64,000 bases of DNA, taken from the NCBI GenBank assembly GCA_019694975.1, contig JAIBAY010000004.1, positions 378,516-442,515 on the forward strand. The letters run 5' to 3'. Source of the stretch: Chitinophagales bacterium (GTDB lineage Bacteria > Bacteroidota > Bacteroidia > Chitinophagales > UBA10324). The notes under the pieces were generated by a model. It ran no database searches. It was not told the DNA's origin and was given only the letters and a program-made list of their open reading frames with translations. A program made the translations under genes and the position numbers. Shown here piece by piece: positions 38,710-49,177 of this stretch. Each line of letters begins with the position of its first letter. The stretch's first letter is position 1.

Positions 38710-39081
38710 CACCGCCTGCTATCCGATTTGTTTGGATCTGTTTGCCACATCGTGTCTGTATCGATGATGCAGCTACATTTTTTTTCATCGTAATTTTTAT
38801 AGAATAACTTCCGGATGCAATGATTTACTATTCGTTGACGAAAGGTTTTTTGAATGATAACCTTTGGTGGTTGACAGTTGCTTTTATGAGATATAAGCCA
38901 TCAGCGCGGGCCGCTTTCGAGATTTAAATATGTTGTGAAGTCAGTGTATACAAAGCAGGAAAGGCAAACAGTTGAACATTCCGGCATTTACCTGAAGAAA
39001 CACGATCATGATTTTCCTGCCTTACTGTGGCATATTTTTGGCTGCAATAATATCTTTCACATTTGATGATTGTATCACTTT

Positions 39082-41193
39082 ATGTTTGGAGCAGCAAGTT
39101 TGAATTATAGTGGTCTGACATTTAATCGATGGATTGTTACTTCCCTGGTCTTGCTCTTCATGCTCTTCACTTTCGAGCTTTCCGCGCAACCATCATCGGT
39201 TAACAATCTTAGCGGATTTTACCATAGCGGGCAGGTATTCCTTACGTGGCAGAATACGACAGATTCACTGGCCTTCTATAAAGTGTACCGGTCCGTCGTT
39301 CCCATCACCGATAGTAGTCAGCTTGCGGGTTGCGAATACCTCGGTTGGACGAATGCGGCATCTTCTAAAGATCATAATCTATCCAGGCATGATGGTGCAG
39401 CACGTTACCTGGTGATTGATTCGGGCGCTGCACCGCTGAATAAGGCCACCGGATTATTTGTGGCTACAACGCTTGCAGATGGAAATTACTATTATGCTGT
39501 AACTACGTACATCGGTGGAATGGAACTGTTGAACATCGTGACAGGTGTCAATTCGCTGCAGGATCCCATTGCGGAAAGGGTGGAAGCACCGCAACCTGTT
39601 TTTCAGCAGCAACGATTCATCGGTGAAAAGGCAGTGGATATCTATGCCACTTTTGCAAGCAGCAAATATGCAGCAGGCCAGCCGCTGATGAATGAAGCAG
39701 GATTTATGACTAATGATTTCATACTGTATAGAAATGGTGCGACATCAGGAAGGCATCCACTCAGGATTCGTTTTCATGGAGGCGGCGCTGACTTTTTCTA
39801 TAACGTGATCAATGTTGATCAGGATGAGATTAACCTCAATCCTGAGGATTTTTTACCCGGCGGGGATAACTCCGGCTGGTGGGGAGCCAATGAACACTTT
39901 AACATCTACGCATCCAACGGCAGTCAGGTGCCGCCGGTTTCAGGCATCAATTATAATTTTTGTCATCAGCGGATCACGCAGCTGATCAACTGGGCGATCC
40001 GGCATCTTCCTGTTGACAGCAATCGTATCTGCCTTGAAGGCACTTCACTTGGTTCTGTAGGCGCCTATTTTTATGCACTGCTGTATCCTGAACGTATTGC
40101 GGCGGTCAAACTGAGCGGAAGTGTTTTTGATCTGTCTTTTAACCATGATTATAATCCATCCTGCACACTTAACGAAGGAAAGATCAATCGCATCAGCGGC
40201 GACAACAGGTTTGGTAAAGTAAGCACTAACCTTGCAAGCAACCTGGGCTACAACTTTTATGACGTAGTAAACGGTAACTGGATCATGCATAATTTTAATG
40301 AGCGGGATTACCCTGTCATTTACAGTGTGAATGGCAAGCATGACACTATCGTTGGCTGGACTGAGAAAACAATTTATTATGATTCAGTGAATGCCAATCA
40401 TGCCGGTGGTTACTACTTCTGGGATGGCCGTAAACATGGTGGTGGAGAGGGGTTGGTGTGGAGTGATGACAACTTTGATTTGTTCAGGTACCGCAACAAT
40501 GTTGTGTATCCTGCCTTTGCGCATTGCAGCGTGAATGAAGATTATGGTGATGGCCATGCATACAGCGGAGCAGATTTCGGAACCGTGAATGGCTTCCTCG
40601 ACTGGAGCAACGATATTACCGACGACACTTCTCTGCTTGGCATAACTCTATTTATGAAAGATCTGAACAGGCAGGATAAGTCGGTGTATGCGGCTCCACC
40701 CAATTGCATGGTGGATGTTACGATGAGAAGAAGACAACATTTCAATCCTACTGCCGGTGAAAAACTGTGGTGGAATGTGGTGCATGATAATTCCGTTATT
40801 CAATCCGGCAGCCTGTTGTATCAGGGCGGCCTGATGTCCATTCCGGAAGTCTATGTTTACAAAGACAGTATCCGCCTGACAGTGACCAATGATTCTTCGT
40901 ATTTAACCGGTATTGCACAGAAGACATTACTGATTGAATATCCCAATCCCGTATCCCATTCAGCCACGATACAATGGAATGTGTCAACACCGGGTAACTG
41001 CAGTCTTAAGATTTATGATGTTTCCGGCAGATGGATTACGACTCTTGCTGAAGGAGCAATGGATGCCGGCACCTATCAGATTAACTGGAATATTGACGAT
41101 GGCCGGCATGTTGCAGTCAGCAATGGAATTTACCTGTTGCGGCTGGAAACGTCCACGCAATCAGCTACTCAAAAGTTGTTGGTAGTAAGGTAA
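39082..41193 (+). CDS. T9SS-secreted alpha/beta-hydrolase-like protein
   Basis: First ATG at 39082; the ORF track opens at a TTG at 39070. It has a signal peptide (LVLLFMLFTFELSAQ), a GxSxG-like motif (LEGTSLGSVGAY) and a C-terminal T9SS domain (YPNPVSHSATIQWNV...GIYLLRL...KLLVVR). Confidence 0.65.
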   Translation: MFGAASLNYSGLTFNRWIVTSLVLLFMLFTFELSAQPSSVNNLSGFYHSGQVFLTWQNTTDSLAFYKVYRSVVPITDSSQLAGCEYLGWTNAASSKDHNLSRHDGAARYLVIDSGAAPLNKATGLFVATTLADGNYYYAVTTYIGGMELLNIVTGVNSLQDPIAERVEAPQPVFQQQRFIGEKAVDIYATFASSKYAAGQPLMNEAGFMTNDFILYRNGATSGRHPLRIRFHGGGADFFYNVINVDQDEINLNPEDFLPGGDNSGWWGANEHFNIYASNGSQVPPVSGINYNFCHQRITQLINWAIRHLPVDSNRICLEGTSLGSVGAYFYALLYPERIAAVKLSGSVFDLSFNHDYNPSCTLNEGKINRISGDNRFGKVSTNLASNLGYNFYDVVNGNWIMHNFNERDYPVIYSVNGKHDTIVGWTEKTIYYDSVNANHAGGYYFWDGRKHGGGEGLVWSDDNFDLFRYRNNVVYPAFAHCSVNEDYGDGHAYSGADFGTVNGFLDWSNDITDDTSLLGITLFMKDLNRQDKSVYAAPPNCMVDVTMRRRQHFNPTAGEKLWWNVVHDNSVIQSGSLLYQGGLMSIPEVYVYKDSIRLTVTNDSSYLTGIAQKTLLIEYPNPVSHSATIQWNVSTPGNCSLKIYDVSGRWITTLAEGAMDAGTYQINWNIDDGRHVAVSNGIYLLRLETSTQSATQKLLVVR

Positions 41194-41502
41194 CAACCTC
41201 TAAAAATGCAGAAGCTATCTTAAAACAGGCAATGAATGCTGTTATGCCGGATTTTTTCCGGCATCTGTCAATGAATGGAAAGGATCCTGATCCCGATCCC
41301 AATCAATCGGGACAGGATGACTCCGGGTATTATGAGATAGCTGTAATTATAAACCCTAAGGCAGCATCAATAGTATTACCTGTGATGCAAGCGGCGCATT
41401 ACGCCGGCACGACTGATTGATCAAAAAAAATAAACGGCAGTTTATGGAATCGGGCGGAAGCCATGCATCTATGGACAGTAACGCATACTTAATCTGCTGC
41501 CA

Positions 41503-42354
41503 ATGGAACTACCGGTTATCATCAACACAAAAGAAAATGCCTTCCAGCAAAGGTTCCGGGCATTCAGTAATTGGTTTAATCGCGATGCGCGTCATTACCA
41601 GATTGTTTTCCTCAGTAGTTTTCTTACCTATGGAATCGCGGTGCTGCAATGGGAGATTGCGCCATCGGTTTTTGCAGCCGCTTTCAGTGCCTGTTTAATC
41701 ACGCAATTCCTGTTTGTCACCTTCAAATCGAAGGACCTGAATTCATTAAAGAGTGCCGTCATCTCTGCGCTGAGTTTATGCCTTTTGCTGAAAACAAACG
41801 ATCCGCTGATTATGGCGCTTGCCGGTGTACTCAGCATTGGCGGCAAATTTATTTTCAGATACGGCGGCAAACACTTTTTCAATCCCACCAACTTCGGTAT
41901 CATCACCACCATCCTGCTGACGGGTGGAGCGTGGATCTCACCGGGACAATGGGGTAGCGACGGTCTGCTGGTTTTTTGCATTGGCATGCTTGGTTTCACG
42001 GTATTGCTCAGTGTTAAAAGATTGGATATCGCTATCACCTTTTTCAGCGTATTCAGCCTCTTAAATTTTTTCAGAAGTGTTATGCAGCTGGGCTGGACCG
42101 CTGATGTGTTTATCCATCAGTTCAGCAGCGGCACCTTGCTGCTTTTCACCTTCTTCATGATCACGGATCCGGTTTCCACACCCTCGCATCCTGCCGCACG
42201 CATTGTTTGGGCTTCGATGGTTGCAATGTTGTCATTCTATCTCAGCGCCTTTCAGTTTGTGAATGGTGCACCACTTTGGGCTTTATTCATGCTTTCCCCG
42301 CTTACCATTCTATTTAATAAATTTTTTCCTCACACTAAATTCTCATGGTTATGA
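41503..42354 (+). CDS. solitary RnfD/NqrB-like polytopic membrane protein
   Basis: 283 aa. GGKFIFRYGGKHFFNPTNFGI matches the K-x-fGG-x-N-x-FNP pattern of RnfD/NqrB. FFMITDPVSTP matches the family's FMATDPV(S/T) region. No other Rnf or Nqr subunits are nearby. Confidence 0.6.
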   Translation: MELPVIINTKENAFQQRFRAFSNWFNRDARHYQIVFLSSFLTYGIAVLQWEIAPSVFAAAFSACLITQFLFVTFKSKDLNSLKSAVISALSLCLLLKTNDPLIMALAGVLSIGGKFIFRYGGKHFFNPTNFGIITTILLTGGAWISPGQWGSDGLLVFCIGMLGFTVLLSVKRLDIAITFFSVFSLLNFFRSVMQLGWTADVFIHQFSSGTLLLFTFFMITDPVSTPSHPAARIVWASMVAMLSFYLSAFQFVNGAPLWALFMLSPLTILFNKFFPHTKFSWL

Positions 42355-43958
42355 AAAAGCAGACTAAGTATCATCTTGCAGATGCTGCAAACAGGAAATC
42401 AACACTCACCAATAGCAGTGCGCTGGCCCTGCTTTTAACCGCATTGTTATTTTTTCAACAGCATGGTGCAGCGGCGTTCTGCGGGTTTTATGTCGCCAAG
42501 GCAGATGCTGCTTTGTTTAACAAAACGTCACAGGTCATCCTGGTGCGGGAAGGTGACCGCTCTACCATCACCATGTCAAGCGATTTCGAAGGGAACGTGA
42601 AAGATTTTGCCATGGTGGTTCCGGTGCCGGTGGTATTGCAACGTGATGAGATCAGAACGGTGTCTTCGCAGATCTTTGCCACACTGGATGCCTATTCCGG
42701 CCCGCGCCTCGTGGAATACTATGATGCTAATCCCTGTGGTGTTGTGATTGAAGAAGATGAAGTGCAGGCGATGATACCGATGTCGGAAAAGCGCGTTGAA
42801 GCAGTGAGTAAAGCTGCAGGCGACAGCTATCATGTAACAATTGAAGCGCGTTACACCGTAGATGAATACGATATATTGTTATTGTCGGCAAAGGAATCTT
42901 CAGGCCTTGAAAGATGGCTTACTGACAATGGATATAAAATTCCTGAAGGTGCAAGGGAAGTGCTACAGCCTTATATCAGCAGCGGCATGAAGTTTTTCGT
43001 GGTGAAAGTGAATATGGAAGAGCTGAAGAAGAAGGGCACTACCTTTTTAAGCCCTTTGCAGATATCATTTAATTCTCCCAAGTTCATGTTGCCCATCAGG
43101 CTGGGTATGGCGAATGCAAAAGGTTCACAGGATATGATCATCTATGCGTTCACGCATAATGGCAGGGTGGAAACCACTAATTACCGGACGGTGAAGGTGC
43201 CAACAGATAAAAATGTTCCGGTGTTTGTGCAAAATTATTTCGGACAGTTTTATGTCGATACCTATCGGAAGAACCGCCGTGAACAGGGTTCATCCAATGT
43301 ATATCTTGAATATGCGTGGGATGTGAGCAGCAGCGTAACACAATTTTGCGATCCGTGTACCGGTGCGCCACCTATGTTGCAGGATTTCCTTACGGCAGGA
43401 GTGGATTGGGTGCAACAGTACCATTACGGTTATAATGGCAACGTGTTTTTTACACGGCTGCATGTTACGTATGATCGCAGCAGTTTTCCGCAGGATCTGC
43501 AATTCCAGGAAACACCCAATAAGGAAAATTTCCAGGCACGTTACATCATCACGCATCCGGCTTATGGTGATTTCAGTTGTGATGAAGGCAAGAAATACCT
43601 GCAGGATGTTTATCAGCGCCGTACGAGGGAGTTGCAGCAACTGGCCATGCTGACAGGTTGGGAAACTTCATCTTACCGTTCCTACATCAGTAATTTTGAT
43701 TTTTCGCCCGAAGGTACGCCGGTATATCGTAAATCGGTTGATCCTCCTTTGAAGAAGATTCCGGTTGACAGCGCCAGCAACAAGGTGCCACAAAAGGATC
43801 CTGATCAGATCGGCCAGGGTGCTTTTAATGTGCCATTTACTGACGGACCTGATGATGATAACAATGCAGGCAGGTCAGGACAATGGATGATGATTGGAAT
43901 AGGTGTCTTGTTATTGCTGCTTACATTTTCCGGTCGTAAAAGAACTGAGATAAAGTAA
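42345..43958 (+). CDS. DUF2330-like secreted protein with a C-terminal TM anchor
   Basis: 537 aa. A signal peptide is followed by FCGFYVAKADAALFN. The C-terminus is a low-complexity region plus a TM segment plus a basic tail (WMMIGIGVLLLLLTFSGRKRTEIK). The start overlaps the upstream stop: ATG 42345 gives a 10-nt overlap, and ATG 42351 gives an ATGA overlap. Confidence 0.55.
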   Translation: MVMKKQTKYHLADAANRKSTLTNSSALALLLTALLFFQQHGAAAFCGFYVAKADAALFNKTSQVILVREGDRSTITMSSDFEGNVKDFAMVVPVPVVLQRDEIRTVSSQIFATLDAYSGPRLVEYYDANPCGVVIEEDEVQAMIPMSEKRVEAVSKAAGDSYHVTIEARYTVDEYDILLLSAKESSGLERWLTDNGYKIPEGAREVLQPYISSGMKFFVVKVNMEELKKKGTTFLSPLQISFNSPKFMLPIRLGMANAKGSQDMIIYAFTHNGRVETTNYRTVKVPTDKNVPVFVQNYFGQFYVDTYRKNRREQGSSNVYLEYAWDVSSSVTQFCDPCTGAPPMLQDFLTAGVDWVQQYHYGYNGNVFFTRLHVTYDRSSFPQDLQFQETPNKENFQARYIITHPAYGDFSCDEGKKYLQDVYQRRTRELQQLAMLTGWETSSYRSYISNFDFSPEGTPVYRKSVDPPLKKIPVDSASNKVPQKDPDQIGQGAFNVPFTDGPDDDNNAGRSGQWMMIGIGVLLLLLTFSGRKRTEIK

Positions 43959-44346
43959 ATGCCGGCAATAAAAAGCTTGAGTTGCGGATTGTACAGTTGG
44001 TGGTTAGCACACCACATGAATACAAGACCAATTTGTTTTGCCACACAAAACTGTCATGTGATTGGATGGTGCAATAATTCACCAGAAGATTCTTGTACCC
44101 GCAGCAGCAGATCAACTGATTAACAGTATGCATGATTCAATCAATGCCGTGTCGAGTTCTGATACGGCATTGATGTTTGTAAGTTTTGGCGGCTCCTTTT
44201 TACCAATACTTTTTCATATTCAGTCATCATTCGTTATGCAGTTATCTCCGTCTGATGATTTCCGGCTGCAAAATGAATCTGAGCAGCCACCATCTCTTTG
44301 ATTGCTTATTCCGTTGTATTTTTCAGTCTGCCTTGTAAAGTTTTTT

Positions 44347-45699
44347 ATGGCCGGATACCTCAGACACTGTTCCTGCAATGCGTCAGTATTCATATGGATA
44401 TTGTGCCTGTTGATTTTTCTTGCAACTAATTGTGTGATTGCACAACTCCCTCTTCCGTTACAGAACGAATATTGGAGCACCAATCCAAACATACAGCATA
44501 AGGCAGCCAAAGCAATATTGAAATCAGGACTGCCATTTGCGGAAGCAGTGCAGTTTATTAAGCAAGGCAGAACCTATTCCACAAGCGTGCAGCGGGGATT
44601 TCTTAAGTGGGACCGCAGTACACCGGAAGGCATACAGTTATTCGCACTGATTTTTATTCCTTATGATTATACGCCGGAGAAAAAATGGCCGGTGAGGGTG
44701 ATGTTGCACGGCGACATCTCTCACAAGGATGCATTCAATGTATTCCGGTTTATTGATACCACTTTGGAGGCTTACAATAAGGTGGAAGAAATCCGGATTT
44801 ACCCGTCAGGGTATTTTGCCGCAAGGTGGTACTATAAGATTCAATACGAGAATATGATGTACCTGCTTAACCGCGTTAAGCAACAATACAATATGGATGA
44901 GAACAGGGTGTCGCTTGGCGGTTTCTCCGATGGCGGCACCGGAGTTTATGCTTTTTCGAATTATGACGTCACCCCTTACAGCTGTTTTTTAAGTTATATA
45001 GGAAGTTGTGGTTCATTAAAAGTGCTTGGAACCAGGCAGGTGTACTTTAACAACTTCCGCAACAAACCCATGTTTATTGAAAACGGAAAGCTCGATCAGA
45101 CCTTTCCGCCATCCGTTGTGCTTCCCTATGTCAATGCAATTCTTCAGTTGAACAATGCTGCTTCCTTTATGATGATTGACAGTTGTGATCACACGCTCCG
45201 CTGGATACCGCAATATGCTGACACCATCAATCATTTTATTTCATACCATCCGCGCAATCCTTATCCCAAACACCTGGTATGGCAAACGGAGAGTGCAGCC
45301 ATTTTTAACAGGAATCATTGGGTGCTGATCAATGGCATTGGCAAATCGCCAAGTAATGCACTTTCACTGATCGATTATAATGAAGTGATAACTGGCGGGC
45401 AGTATGTGCCGGCATTCCGGCGCGACAGCTTAGCAGCAATTATTGATGTGACGGCAACCGGCAATACAATAGAAGTGCTTACCAGGAATGTTACGAAGTA
45501 TACTTTGTTGCTGTCTGCGGGGCAGTTTGATTTTTCAGCACCCTTTAAGATCATCACCAATAATATGTTGTCATTTGAAGGAGTTTTACAGCCGCAGGTG
45601 CAGTCGTTGTTAAAATGGAATCAGCTTGACAATGACCGCACGATGCTGTTTGCCGCTGAAATAGAACTTGTGCCGGGAAAATTATACGGGCAAAAGTGA
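44347..45699 (+). CDS. secreted alpha/beta-hydrolase (esterase-like) protein
   Basis: Start at MAGYLRHC...LLIFLATNCVIAQ. It has VRVMLHGD and a nucleophile elbow, LGGFSDGGTGVYAF. Confidence 0.6.
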   Translation: MAGYLRHCSCNASVFIWILCLLIFLATNCVIAQLPLPLQNEYWSTNPNIQHKAAKAILKSGLPFAEAVQFIKQGRTYSTSVQRGFLKWDRSTPEGIQLFALIFIPYDYTPEKKWPVRVMLHGDISHKDAFNVFRFIDTTLEAYNKVEEIRIYPSGYFAARWYYKIQYENMMYLLNRVKQQYNMDENRVSLGGFSDGGTGVYAFSNYDVTPYSCFLSYIGSCGSLKVLGTRQVYFNNFRNKPMFIENGKLDQTFPPSVVLPYVNAILQLNNAASFMMIDSCDHTLRWIPQYADTINHFISYHPRNPYPKHLVWQTESAAIFNRNHWVLINGIGKSPSNALSLIDYNEVITGGQYVPAFRRDSLAAIIDVTATGNTIEVLTRNVTKYTLLLSAGQFDFSAPFKIITNNMLSFEGVLQPQVQSLLKWNQLDNDRTMLFAAEIELVPGKLYGQK

Positions 45700-45750
45700 A
45701 CTGCATTCACTGTCGGGGATATTTTTTATTTTGCGATATATATTCTTATC

Positions 45751-47115
45751 ATGACTATCCGACTGATTCATTATCCGGCAGCGGACAATTCCGTATGCGT
45801 GGCGACACCTTCCAGGTCAAATGGATGGCCCGCAGTTGTCACAGCACGGCAGGTATTACTGCGCATTGCCTTTTTCACATGCATGATGTTTTTGCTGTCA
45901 CCTGATGCCATTGCCCAGAAATTTGTGCCCGGCTATGTATTGCTCAACAACGGTGATACACTACAGGGATTGATTGGTGAAGAGAACTGGGTGAAAGCGC
46001 CGGTGAAGGTTTTATTTAAGAAGTCGGCAGCGGAAAGGGTACACGCATATTCTCCGCTCCTCATTCATTCTTTTCGCATCAAAGATGGCGACTGGTATTT
46101 CAGTTTTGTGGGCGATATTGATCCTTCTTCCTTACTTGACGATCAGCTGGATTATAACCCGTTTCCGGATACGATGCGTGTTTACATGTTTATCCGTTCC
46201 ATCGTAATGGGTAAAATCAGCCTCTATTATGCCCGCGATATGAATGACCGTTTGCATCTGTTCATTCAGAAAGATGGCGGCGTGATAGCAGAGCTGAAAT
46301 ATAAAAAGTATTACCTGGATGAAAGAGTGGTGGCAGACTACCGCAACGAGATTACCAGGCGCGCCATCATGGCCAACCAGATTTACAAAGAACAGCTTAC
46401 CAACCTGATGGCGGATTGTCCGGCCGTTGCCACGGGAATTGTTTCCAGGCCGCTGTCCTATTCAAAGAACGATATCATGAAGCTGGTGATCGAATACAAT
46501 CATTGCAAGGGTTCGAGGAAAGGTTATACGGAAGAAAAGGAACCCTGGAAGCTGGAAGTACGCGCACATCTTGGTATCAACTATTCCGGATTGAAGTTTA
46601 AAAGTTCAGGCAATACGTATGTTGGTAATTCACAGTTTGACAACAGTCTTGGGTATGCGTCCGGGCTGTCCTTTAATGCGGTGTTGCCCCGCACTGACAA
46701 CAGCTGGGGGATTTATAATGAAGTACTGATCCGCAATTTTAATTCAACAGGCGTTTCGGGAACAACACCATTCAAAGAACAACGGCCTGTGCAAATGGAT
46801 CTTATCTATGTTAAGCTGGGAACAATGGCAAGATACCGGTTTACCAGGTCTGTCGTTCAGCCATTCCTTGCTGCGGGTATCACCAACAGCATCGCGATAA
46901 AATCAGAAAACCTTGAAACAGACACTGCCGGCATCACCAGCAACTTCCTGCAGTACTTCCGCAATTATGAACAAGGGTTGTTGTTCGGAGCGGGTTTGCA
47001 ATGGAAGGCAATCTCCGGTGAGGTACAACTAGAGTTCTCCAATGGCATGTCAGGTTACTCCGATGTGAAGAGTGCTTTCAGTACATTGTACTTGTTGGTG
47101 GGGTATAAGTTTTAA
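45751..47115 (+). CDS. putative outer-membrane beta-barrel protein, paralog of 13413..14657
   Basis: 454 aa. GYVLLNNGDTLQGLIGEENW and the C-terminal TLYLLVGYKF parallel the 13413 protein along its whole length. The exact start is uncertain because the N-region before the signal peptide is long. Confidence 0.6.
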   Translation: MTIRLIHYPAADNSVCVATPSRSNGWPAVVTARQVLLRIAFFTCMMFLLSPDAIAQKFVPGYVLLNNGDTLQGLIGEENWVKAPVKVLFKKSAAERVHAYSPLLIHSFRIKDGDWYFSFVGDIDPSSLLDDQLDYNPFPDTMRVYMFIRSIVMGKISLYYARDMNDRLHLFIQKDGGVIAELKYKKYYLDERVVADYRNEITRRAIMANQIYKEQLTNLMADCPAVATGIVSRPLSYSKNDIMKLVIEYNHCKGSRKGYTEEKEPWKLEVRAHLGINYSGLKFKSSGNTYVGNSQFDNSLGYASGLSFNAVLPRTDNSWGIYNEVLIRNFNSTGVSGTTPFKEQRPVQMDLIYVKLGTMARYRFTRSVVQPFLAAGITNSIAIKSENLETDTAGITSNFLQYFRNYEQGLLFGAGLQWKAISGEVQLEFSNGMSGYSDVKSAFSTLYLLVGYKF

Positions 47116-47116
47116 G

Positions 47117-47445
47117 GTGAATAGTGAGTAGTGAGTGTTGGATATTGAGTGTTGAATATTGAGTGTTGGATATTGAGTGTTAAATATTGAGTGTTAAATA
47201 TTGAGTATCGGATATTGAGTGTTGAATATTGAGCGTTGAATATTCAGTATCCTATATTGAGTGTTGAAAATTTAAAGTTCAATATTCAATATTCAATATC
47301 CAATATCCAATATCCAATATTCAATATTCAATATTCAATATCCAATATCCAATATCCAATATCCAATATCCAATATCCAATATCCAATAACCAATATTCA
47401 ATATCCAATAACCAATAATCAATATTCAATATCCAATAACCACTG
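47117..47445 (+). repeat. Family-1 giant hairpin, inverted orientation, with a (CAATATY)n microsatellite arm
   Basis: The left arm is (GAGTGTTGRATATT)n over 47130-47268, the loop is about 47269-47277, and the right arm is a run of CAATATT/CAATATC heptads reaching about 47440. Its mismatches are G:T on the + strand. Confidence 0.85.
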
Positions 47446-47796
47446 ATTATCATTTATTGAAAGGATTTCTGGCTTTGCAATAAATGAGACTATCCGTAAA
47501 CAACAATACAGTATGGTTGTTAATGCAGGATGAGAGTCGGTATGGAATCATTTTCAAGGTAAGATTGAGCCTTATGAATTTTCGGCAGTTTCCATTTTTA
47601 GAACAGGCATCATCCATTTGAATATGTTTACAGTCCGGCATATACCATCAAATTTTAAAATGCGGGCGGAACCGTTGAAGACAATGTTTGCAAACCATTT
47701 TTCACCGAGCTGTGATTTGCCGGAACTACTTTTACCCTTTCATTTTTATTTTCATGGGTTGTGCTTCGTGGTGCGGCCTGCATTTCATTGCATCAA

Positions 47797-49059
47797 ATGA
47801 AACGTATCATTATCATCGGTGGTGGTTTTGGCGGACTGAAGCTGGCCGAATGCCTAAACAACACATCATTCGAAATTCTTTTGATTGATAAGCTGAATCA
47901 CCACCAGTTTCAGCCGTTGTTTTACCAGGTTGCCACTGCCGGCCTTGAGCCCTCCAGCATTTCATTTCCTTTAAGAGGCATCTTTCATCATTCAAAAAAT
48001 GTGCGTATCCGTTATGCTGAGGTATTAAAAGTGTTGCCGGAAACAAATGTTATCCTCACCACCTTTGGTGAGTTCCGCTACGATTTTCTAGTGATGGCAA
48101 CGGGCGTAACCACTAATTTTTTTGGTAACAAGAACCTCGAGGCCTGGACCTATCCAATGAAATCCACCACGGAAGCCATCAATATCCGTCAGCATGTATT
48201 ACATAATTTTGAAGATGCGCTGTCAAGGGATGAAACGGAGCGGCAGGGATTAATGAATGTGGTAATTGTGGGAGGAGGACCAACAGGTGTTGAACTGGCA
48301 GGCGCATTTGCCGAGATGAAGCGCCATGTTTTTCCGCGTGACTACCCTGAACTGGATTTCAGCAAGATGAATGTGATACTGCTGGAAGGTTCCGGTAAGA
48401 CACTCGGTACCATGAGTGAGCAATCATCTGCCAAATCAAAGGAGTATCTCGAAGCGCTGGGAGTGCAGGTGATGATTAACGCCAGGGTGAAAGACTATGA
48501 TGGAAAGCATGTATTGCTGGAAGACGGCAACAGTATTGCTTCCAACACGGTGATCTGGGCAGCCGGTATCCGCGGCAATGTGATTGAAGGCATTCCACCG
48601 GCTGTTGTCATGCGGGGAAACCGATTGAAGGTGAACAGGTTCAACCTCGTTGACGGATTCCGTAATATTTATGCGATTGGCGACATCGCATACATGATCA
48701 CTGAAAAATATCCGCAGGCTCATCCACAGGTAGCGAATGTGGCCATCGGCCAGGCCAAATTGTTGTCGAAAAATTTCAGGAATATGCTGCTCAGCAAACC
48801 CATGGTTGCATTTGAGTATAAGGACAAGGGCTCTATGGCAACAATCGGAAAGCACAAAGCCGTGGTAGATCTTTCCTTCATCCGCTTCCAGGGTTTCTTT
48901 GCCTGGTTTGTATGGATGGGCCTGCACCTCTTGTTGCTCATGGGCATGAAGAATAAAATTTTTGTATTTGTGGATTGGCTGATATCCTATTTTTCCAATG
49001 ATTCAACACTGCGGCTGATTTTTTCGCCGGTAAACAGGAGGCCGTCGGAAAGAAAATAG
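47797..49059 (+). CDS. ndh: type II NADH:quinone oxidoreductase (NDH-2)
   Basis: Start at MKRIIIIGGGFGGLKLA. A second dinucleotide fold is VVIVGGGPTGVELAG, and there is an IYAIGDIA motif. Confidence 0.88.
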   Translation: MKRIIIIGGGFGGLKLAECLNNTSFEILLIDKLNHHQFQPLFYQVATAGLEPSSISFPLRGIFHHSKNVRIRYAEVLKVLPETNVILTTFGEFRYDFLVMATGVTTNFFGNKNLEAWTYPMKSTTEAINIRQHVLHNFEDALSRDETERQGLMNVVIVGGGPTGVELAGAFAEMKRHVFPRDYPELDFSKMNVILLEGSGKTLGTMSEQSSAKSKEYLEALGVQVMINARVKDYDGKHVLLEDGNSIASNTVIWAAGIRGNVIEGIPPAVVMRGNRLKVNRFNLVDGFRNIYAIGDIAYMITEKYPQAHPQVANVAIGQAKLLSKNFRNMLLSKPMVAFEYKDKGSMATIGKHKAVVDLSFIRFQGFFAWFVWMGLHLLLLMGMKNKIFVFVDWLISYFSNDSTLRLIFSPVNRRPSERK

Positions 49060-49177
49060 TAATCATGCGCATTACAGCTTATAAACGAACAGTACCGCTT
49101 CATTCGCTGATGAGCCGCGTTTCCCTGATTGAAACATGCGTAAAATTCTATATCTTGTCAGTCACTAATCCGTTCCC

